A stretch of DNA of 63,617 nt, filler included. It is 7 parts of 7 records of this genome, joined end to end, with 100 filler letters (N's around TTAATTAATTAA, not from the genome) between each part and the next. Parts side by side here need not be neighbours in the genome. Positions count along the whole stretch, not along the records: positions 58,299 to 63,617 come from SRR20825019_1625; 6 more parts are not named here. One strand, given 5' to 3'. A program made the position numbers and the translations under genes. A model generated the notes under the pieces. The model was not told the DNA's origin. It saw only the letters and a list, made by a program, of their open reading frames with translations, and searched no databases. The number at the start of each line of letters is the position of its first letter. The first letter of the stretch is position 1. This document shows, in pieces, positions 58,598-63,617 of the stretch.

Positions 58598-60352
58598 ATG
58601 ACCGACAAAGACCAACAGCCCAACAGCACCGAAAATGGCGGAAGCAATCCCGCCGCCACCAACGGCCCCAAAAGCCCGGCCGTCGATAACTGGCCGTGGG
58701 CCCATGTGCTGGGTTTCGACACGGCAAAGGAATGGGGTCTTGACGCCGTCATTCCCCGCCCGTCATCGGCCTCCCCGATCCCCGATCCGTCCAGTGGCGC
58801 GACCGGCGGCAACAATCCGGGGCCGCTCGATGGGCTATCGGGCCATACACCACTGCAAGGCCAGAATCTGATCGAATATGCCATGCAGAAAATTGAACAA
58901 GCCCTTGGCCAGCCGATGCAGGCGGTCCCGCCACTGTCATCTTACAGCTACGACGAATACGGCAACCTGACCACAACGGCGAGCACGACCGTACCGGCCC
59001 CGGCCCCGCAAAACGCGGCACCGGAAACATCATCTACCGGCTCCCCCCCTACCGCTGCCGACACCCCCGACAGCGGAGACGACCGGGACGACGATCTCAC
59101 CGACGAAGAAGTCCCCCCCCGCTTTCAGGATCACGACGACACCGTAACCACGCCAAGCCGCCCGACATCCGGCATGTCCAGCCCCACAGGCCCGCAATCC
59201 TATCGCGTTGACCTGATCCGTGATGACGGCCGTGTGACACGGCTCGAAGGCAGCGTGACGTATGGCGATCTTTATCGCCCGCTTCTGCCCGAGCTATCTG
59301 GCAATGCCCAAAATGCCCAGACGCCGGACTGGTCGATCACACTTGATCAATTGCCCAACCCCGGCCCTACCGGCAGCGACACGGATGCCATTGTCACCGC
59401 ACGGCTTGATGCCGCCGAAACCCCGGCTGATATCCGGCAATGGGCGCTATCGGTAGGGCCACAAGACATCAACACCGCCCGGCTGGCACTTGATATCCCG
59501 GCAACCCTGCCGTCTCTGACACGGGCCAGCATCATCGGTGGATTACCATCTAGCGAATGGCACATGGCCGCGGCAACACTGGCAGCGGGCGGCGTCAGTA
59601 CGGACAACTCCGGCACTTCGATCCCGGACGCTGCCGAACCCGTTGCTCCGGCAAGCCTTGGCATGGATCAGCAACTCGGTACGATTGACAGCACGCAGGA
59701 TCCGTTCATCGCCACCCTGCGCATCACATCGGCCATCACCAGCATCCCGACCTCGATCCCGGTTCAACTGCAATATACAGGTGCTTTGCCCAGCCCGATC
59801 TTGCAGGGTGACGTCCCCCTCACGACCGAAACCAGCCTGTCGCTTCGCATGCAGGTCATCGCCCCCAACGACGGTAAATCGGGCGCAACCCTTGTCGCGC
59901 TGATCCTGCGCGGGGCTGCGTCGGGCTTTTCGGTCACCGCACAACTGCGCGGCGATCACAAAATCTCGACCCCGACCGCGATGCTCGGCTGCATCGATCC
60001 GGGCCAGGATACCGAATGCCGCGCCGAAAGCATGATCGCCAATGCAACATCCAGCCTGCAAACCAGCCTGATCAGCATCACCGATACCCCGGACGATGAC
60101 GGGCTTGCCGCCTATGGGTTTGTGCTGCCCGCACCGTCCGGTAACGACAACACCACCGACGCAACCCAGACCGACAAACCGGACAAAGGCACAAATATCG
60201 CCAAATCAGCCCCGGCGAAGCCAGCATCGGTAAAAGGCAAGGCCGCCATCACTGACAACACCAACAGCCCCCCCGATGCTGACAGCAGTAACGGCGATAC
60301 CGGCACTACCGCCACCAACAGTCCCGGAAAACCCGACAAGGGAGCCTCCTGA
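58598..60352 (+). CDS. Hypothetical 584-aa Pro/Thr/Ser/Asp-rich protein in the reb locus
   Basis: Long ORF, TGATG-coupled to the next gene; disordered ends and a possible beta-rich core; no family recognised. Confidence 0.7.
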   Translation: MTDKDQQPNSTENGGSNPAATNGPKSPAVDNWPWAHVLGFDTAKEWGLDAVIPRPSSASPIPDPSSGATGGNNPGPLDGLSGHTPLQGQNLIEYAMQKIEQALGQPMQAVPPLSSYSYDEYGNLTTTASTTVPAPAPQNAAPETSSTGSPPTAADTPDSGDDRDDDLTDEEVPPRFQDHDDTVTTPSRPTSGMSSPTGPQSYRVDLIRDDGRVTRLEGSVTYGDLYRPLLPELSGNAQNAQTPDWSITLDQLPNPGPTGSDTDAIVTARLDAAETPADIRQWALSVGPQDINTARLALDIPATLPSLTRASIIGGLPSSEWHMAAATLAAGGVSTDNSGTSIPDAAEPVAPASLGMDQQLGTIDSTQDPFIATLRITSAITSIPTSIPVQLQYTGALPSPILQGDVPLTTETSLSLRMQVIAPNDGKSGATLVALILRGAASGFSVTAQLRGDHKISTPTAMLGCIDPGQDTECRAESMIANATSSLQTSLISITDTPDDDGLAAYGFVLPAPSGNDNTTDATQTDKPDKGTNIAKSAPAKPASVKGKAAITDNTNSPPDADSSNGDTGTTATNSPGKPDKGAS

Positions 60353-60993
60353 TGACAAGCGGCCCGAACTTTCCCGGCGTCGAAACGGCAAGCAGTAAAA
60401 AGGATGCGGTAAAAAAGGCCTTCAATCAGGAATATCAGGCCACCATGAAAGCCATGGCGAATGCCGCGGACCGTGCGCGTGCGCAAGTTTTGAACCAGAA
60501 ACTCGCCGCGGGAAGCCACGCACAATCAAGCCAAAGCACAAAAGCCGTCGCAACCGCCCCGAATGCACCGGGCACCAACAACGCGCCATCAACCCCGATC
60601 GAGCCGGGCGCAATGGTCATGATCGAAATCGCCAATGAATTGCGCCGCATCATCGTCGCGGAAATTGACATGCGCATGAACCATCTGGCGGGACAGGTCG
60701 AACAGGCAATCGCACAGTCAATTCCGCCTGTGGCATCAAATGCACCTTCCGATGCAAAACCTGCGGCCGCCCAGCCTGCCGGAAGCGAAACCGGCACTGC
60801 CCCACAAACGTCTCAACCAAATATTCCCGCCACGCCGCAAAGCAACGCGCAAAACCCAAGCGCCGCAGCGCCTCCCCAACCTACACCTTCTCCGGAAACC
60901 GCCCCTTCGGAAAACACCCGGCTCACAGCACCACAAACTGCCAATGCCGGTTCCGAAAATCCACCAAACGCCGCCCCACCGGCGGATGGATGA
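60352..60993 (+). CDS. Hypothetical 213-aa protein with two helical segments and a Pro/Ala/Gln-rich tail
   Basis: GGAG RBS, TGATG overlap; amphipathic helix MIEIANELRRIIVAEIDMRMNHLAGQVEQAI. Confidence 0.7.
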   Translation: MTSGPNFPGVETASSKKDAVKKAFNQEYQATMKAMANAADRARAQVLNQKLAAGSHAQSSQSTKAVATAPNAPGTNNAPSTPIEPGAMVMIEIANELRRIIVAEIDMRMNHLAGQVEQAIAQSIPPVASNAPSDAKPAAAQPAGSETGTAPQTSQPNIPATPQSNAQNPSAAAPPQPTPSPETAPSENTRLTAPQTANAGSENPPNAAPPADG

Positions 60994-61166
60994 TTCGGCT
61001 TTTGCCAAAGGTTGCAAGTCCGACCTGCAACTCGATCCCGCAGGACGTGGGTCACGACCTAGGCGAGAAATCTGAAAAACATCTTTTAAAACAGAAGGTT
61101 AAAGGGTGTCATTCGCGACTTTCCCAGCCAAGAATTGCGCAACCTTAAATAGTATTTTTCTTTTTC

Positions 61167-61191
61167 TTCACAATTAAGACTGCGCGCCGTC
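61167..61191 (+). promoter_or_regulatory. ECF-type promoter, copy 2 (upstream of the sigma gene): TTCACAA-N14-CGTC
   Basis: About 60 nt upstream of the sigma GTG start. Confidence 0.72.
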
Positions 61192-61252
61192 ATAATAGTC
61201 GCGAGAGACCTAAACAGCCTTTGGTTGTAATCTTTCTGAGGAGGGGTCCGAA

Positions 61253-62467
61253 GTGCAGTACGAAAAGAATACCGAACAGGGACAGACAGAACTATCGGAA
61301 AACGAAATCACGTTTGCCCAATCCCTAGACGATGCCTTGGAAAAGGCATTGGGGACAGGCGACAATGTCACATCAATCTGGTCGCACCTCAAAGATGAAC
61401 AGCGCGCCAGACTGGCTGCGGACTACCTTGCTGCATTGAATACCGATTCTCGTAAAAGTAGTAATTTTGAAAGCAATTCGTCAGCCTCACCCACCACGCC
61501 AGAGGCACCGCCAGAAGCACAGCAAGGAACAGCAGCAGCCTACACAGCCCCCCCGCAAACCGGGCCAGAAACCTCTGCCGTGCCGCGTGGTTATCCGGCG
61601 AATTTCAATCCATTGGCCGGATTTCCGGGACTGGAACCATCGTCAAACGGCCCAAGCCCAACCGATATCATCGCCGGTAGTCTTGGCAATCCTGGCAGTC
61701 TTGCCGGGCTGGCCGGGTTGCAGGGAATGTCGGGAATGCCCGGCTCGCGAGGATCGGGCAACACCGGCAATCAGATCGACCAGATGCAGCGATCCCTGCA
61801 GGATGCGATGTCGCTGCTGGGCAATCTCGGTTTCGAACAACCGGCTCCTTGCCAGCCCCTTGGCACCCCGCCAACACACGCCCCCCATCCACGAGCATGG
61901 CAATCCGATCCCCTCGATGATTCCGACCTTCCCGGTATGGAACCGGCCGCGCCAAATTTCTGGCCGCTCTGGATGGATCAACAGGACAGCCTTCTCAAGC
62001 AATGCCTGAAACTGATGTCTGGCAATATGGATGACGCGCAGGATGCACTGTCCGAAGCCATGCTAAAGGCATCGGTAAAGTTCGAGGATTCAATGGACGA
62101 AATCCGTAATCACCGCGCCTGGCTGTCACGGATCGTGCACAATGCCTGCATTGATCTGCATCGGCAAAACCGCCGAAAGGCGGAATACAAGGAAGAAAAC
62201 CACGGCACCGCGGATGCCGCCCTGCCGCCGATTTCCGGTCGCAACGAACCCAGCCCTGAGGAATCCTTCCTTGCGACCGAAATGTTCGACCATCTTGAAC
62301 GCGCCTTACGCGCCCTTCCTGAAAAACTGCGCAAACCGCTTCTGATGCGATGTGTCGAAGACCGCAGCTACGATGATATCGCGGTCAATCTCGGACTAAG
62401 CAATTGTGCCGTGCGTAAACGCGTTCAGCTTGCCCGCGACCATCTGCGTGGCGCAGGCATCCAGTAA
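61253..62467 (+). CDS. ECF sigma-70 factor with a long N-terminal extension, reb-associated
   Basis: Region 2 GNMDDAQDALSEAMLKA...RAWLSRIVHNACIDLHR; region 4 LPEKLR...SYDDIA...AVRKRVQLAR; GAGGAGG RBS before GTG. Confidence 0.88.
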   Translation: MQYEKNTEQGQTELSENEITFAQSLDDALEKALGTGDNVTSIWSHLKDEQRARLAADYLAALNTDSRKSSNFESNSSASPTTPEAPPEAQQGTAAAYTAPPQTGPETSAVPRGYPANFNPLAGFPGLEPSSNGPSPTDIIAGSLGNPGSLAGLAGLQGMSGMPGSRGSGNTGNQIDQMQRSLQDAMSLLGNLGFEQPAPCQPLGTPPTHAPHPRAWQSDPLDDSDLPGMEPAAPNFWPLWMDQQDSLLKQCLKLMSGNMDDAQDALSEAMLKASVKFEDSMDEIRNHRAWLSRIVHNACIDLHRQNRRKAEYKEENHGTADAALPPISGRNEPSPEESFLATEMFDHLERALRALPEKLRKPLLMRCVEDRSYDDIAVNLGLSNCAVRKRVQLARDHLRGAGIQ

Positions 62468-62600
62468 CCGCACGTGAAACCTGTTTAACGGGCAGAATGA
62501 CAAATGCCATTCTGCCCGTTTCAACGCCGGGCTTGGAAAAGATCCGGCCCGCAAAAGACTTACAGAAATCCCCTTGCTGGCAAAAAAAATCATCCGTCCT

Positions 62601-62625
62601 GTCACAACCCCGAATTGCCAGCGTC
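62601..62625 (+). promoter_or_regulatory. ECF-type promoter, copy 3: GTCACAA-N14-CGTC
   Basis: About 72 nt upstream of the first rebB ATG. Confidence 0.78.
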
Positions 62626-62697
62626 GATAGGGTGAATTCGGGACGGAGAAACCCCGTCAGGATTTCCACCGCAAGCAGCATACGAAGGAGTTTTGAA

Positions 62698-63021
62698 ATG
62701 GCGATTCCGACCCCGGTAAACGGTCAAATCACCGATGCCGTCACCCAGGCAAACGTCAAGGTGCTCGGTGATGCCCCGGCCATGGCTATGGGCTCGATCT
62801 TCCAGTCACTGGCCCATTCCACGGGCATTCTCTATGAAAATGCCGTCAGCGCCCAGCAGCAGCTTGGCATTTCTTCTCAGGCGGCAACCAACCAGGGTGT
62901 CATCCAGATCTATTCGATCGACACCATGGCCGATGCCGTCGCGACCTCGAAAATTGCCCAGAGCGACGTCCCCGACAACATGCTTTCGCTTCTGACCACC
63001 CTTCAGGCCGTCAAAAGCTAA
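62698..63021 (+). CDS. rebB: RebB-family R-body protein
   Basis: VNGQITDAVTQANVKVLGDAPAMAMG..FQ...AHSTGILYENAVSAQQQ...QAATNQGV; AAGGAG RBS fixes the start at MAIPTP. Confidence 0.93.
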   Translation: MAIPTPVNGQITDAVTQANVKVLGDAPAMAMGSIFQSLAHSTGILYENAVSAQQQLGISSQAATNQGVIQIYSIDTMADAVATSKIAQSDVPDNMLSLLTTLQAVKS

Positions 63022-63045
63022 GCCCCGTCCTCCAAGACCTCCCCG

Positions 63046-63079
63046 ATTGGGCGGCCCGTTTTCCGACCGGCCGCCCAAT
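63046..63079 (+). terminator. Hairpin between the two rebB genes
   Basis: ATTGGGCGGCC...GGCCGCCCAAT inverted repeat; the U-tract is weak. Confidence 0.55.
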
Positions 63080-63122
63080 ATCGTTTCCCGGCAATTCCGC
63101 CCGCAGTTTTTGACGGTTTGAC

Positions 63123-63147
63123 GTCACAAAGGCATATCCTCACCGTC
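63123..63147 (+). promoter_or_regulatory. ECF-type promoter, copy 4: GTCACAA-N14-CGTC
   Basis: About 76 nt upstream of the second rebB ATG. Confidence 0.78.
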
Positions 63148-63223
63148 AAATGACTGATCGCCGCGCACCACGCGGAACGGGCCGGTTTCCGGCATATTTA
63201 TCCAGGCAACCAGGAGACAGATT

Positions 63224-63559
63224 ATGGCTGATAATACCCCGGTCAATGGCATGATTACCGATGCAGTGACCCAGGCCAATGTCAAAGTACTGGGCGATGC
63301 ACCGGCCATGGCCATGGGCTCGCTGTTTCAGTCGCTGGCACATTCCCACGGCATTCTTTACGAAAACGCCGTCAGCAACCAGCAGCAGGTCGGCATCTCG
63401 TCGCAGGCTGCAACCAACCAGGGCGTCATTCAGGTCTATTCCGTCGACACCATGGCAGGTGCCGTGGCAACGCAGAAAATCGCAACCAGCGACGTTCCGG
63501 ACAACATGCTTGCATTGCTGTCCGCCCTGAAGGCAACCACCGGCACCGCAGTGTCGTAA
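63224..63559 (+). CDS. rebB: RebB-family R-body protein (paralogue)
   Basis: VNGMITDAVTQANVKVLGDAPAMAMG...; closely similar to the upstream copy; AGGAG RBS. Confidence 0.93.
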   Translation: MADNTPVNGMITDAVTQANVKVLGDAPAMAMGSLFQSLAHSHGILYENAVSNQQQVGISSQAATNQGVIQVYSVDTMAGAVATQKIATSDVPDNMLALLSALKATTGTAVS

Positions 63560-63587
63560 ACCTTCATTGGTTTCGCCGCCCGAACCG

Positions 63588-63617
63588 GCCCGGCATGCAA
63601 AAGCTTGCCGGGCTTTT
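63588..63617 (+). terminator. Intrinsic terminator after the second rebB
   Basis: GCCCGGCAtGC-aaaa-GCtTGCCGGGC-TTTT at the window end. Confidence 0.7.

Noticed and set aside
58325-58600. tRNA-Thr as the integration site of a reb island
   Set aside because: No integrase, no duplicated tRNA 3' end and no obvious composition break in the visible sequence.
58336-58884. 182-aa minus-strand ORF
   Set aside because: Its C-terminus is the antisense translation of the tRNA and it overlaps the plus-strand gene.
62497-62697. 67-aa N-terminal extension of the first RebB in the ORF track
   Set aside because: The region holds the promoter motif; the AAGGAG RBS and alignment with the paralogue place the start at 62698.
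1-63617. CRISPR arrays, cas genes, transposases, integrases, prophage genes, rRNA
   Set aside because: I saw no regularly spaced repeats or recognisable motifs for these.

Overview
This window is seven separate contigs, not one locus. They are joined by 100-nt spacers (N-runs around TTAATTAATTAA) and look alphaproteobacterial, probably from several organisms. (1) 1-15700: the 3' end of an AT-less hybrid NRPS/PKS whose domain order matches the thalassospiramide assembly line, plus a PPTase, a DUF697 gene and a truncated prohibitin gene. (2) 15801-26130: an araA/araB + YtfQRT-YjfF sugar locus, LysR, USP, DksA/TraR, DUF1311 and GNAT genes. (3) 26231-36705: a Hint-domain gene coupled to an HlyC-type acyltransferase, two hydrolases, an AT-rich SatD cassette, a frameshifted ECF sigma/anti-sigma/Hint cluster and the start of parE. 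(4) 36806-44833: pcaJF, ROK-cutC, a rhodanese/YeeE/Cys-repeat protein/His-rich protein cluster and FadR. (5) 44934-50966: an rpoH fragment, ChaN, a DM9 protein divergent from an unusual two-component system, and a YmdB-like gene. (6) 51067-58198: LysE, pntA1/A2/B, oxidase subunit IV and an M3 peptidase. (7) 58299-63617: tRNA-Thr followed by an R-body (RebB) locus. The strongest signal is in contig 7: an ECF-type promoter motif, KTCACAA-N14-CGTC, occurs with identical spacing in front of all four transcription units, suggesting an autoregulated R-body regulon with two orphan accessory genes. All family assignments were made by eye from motifs; no database searches were run.
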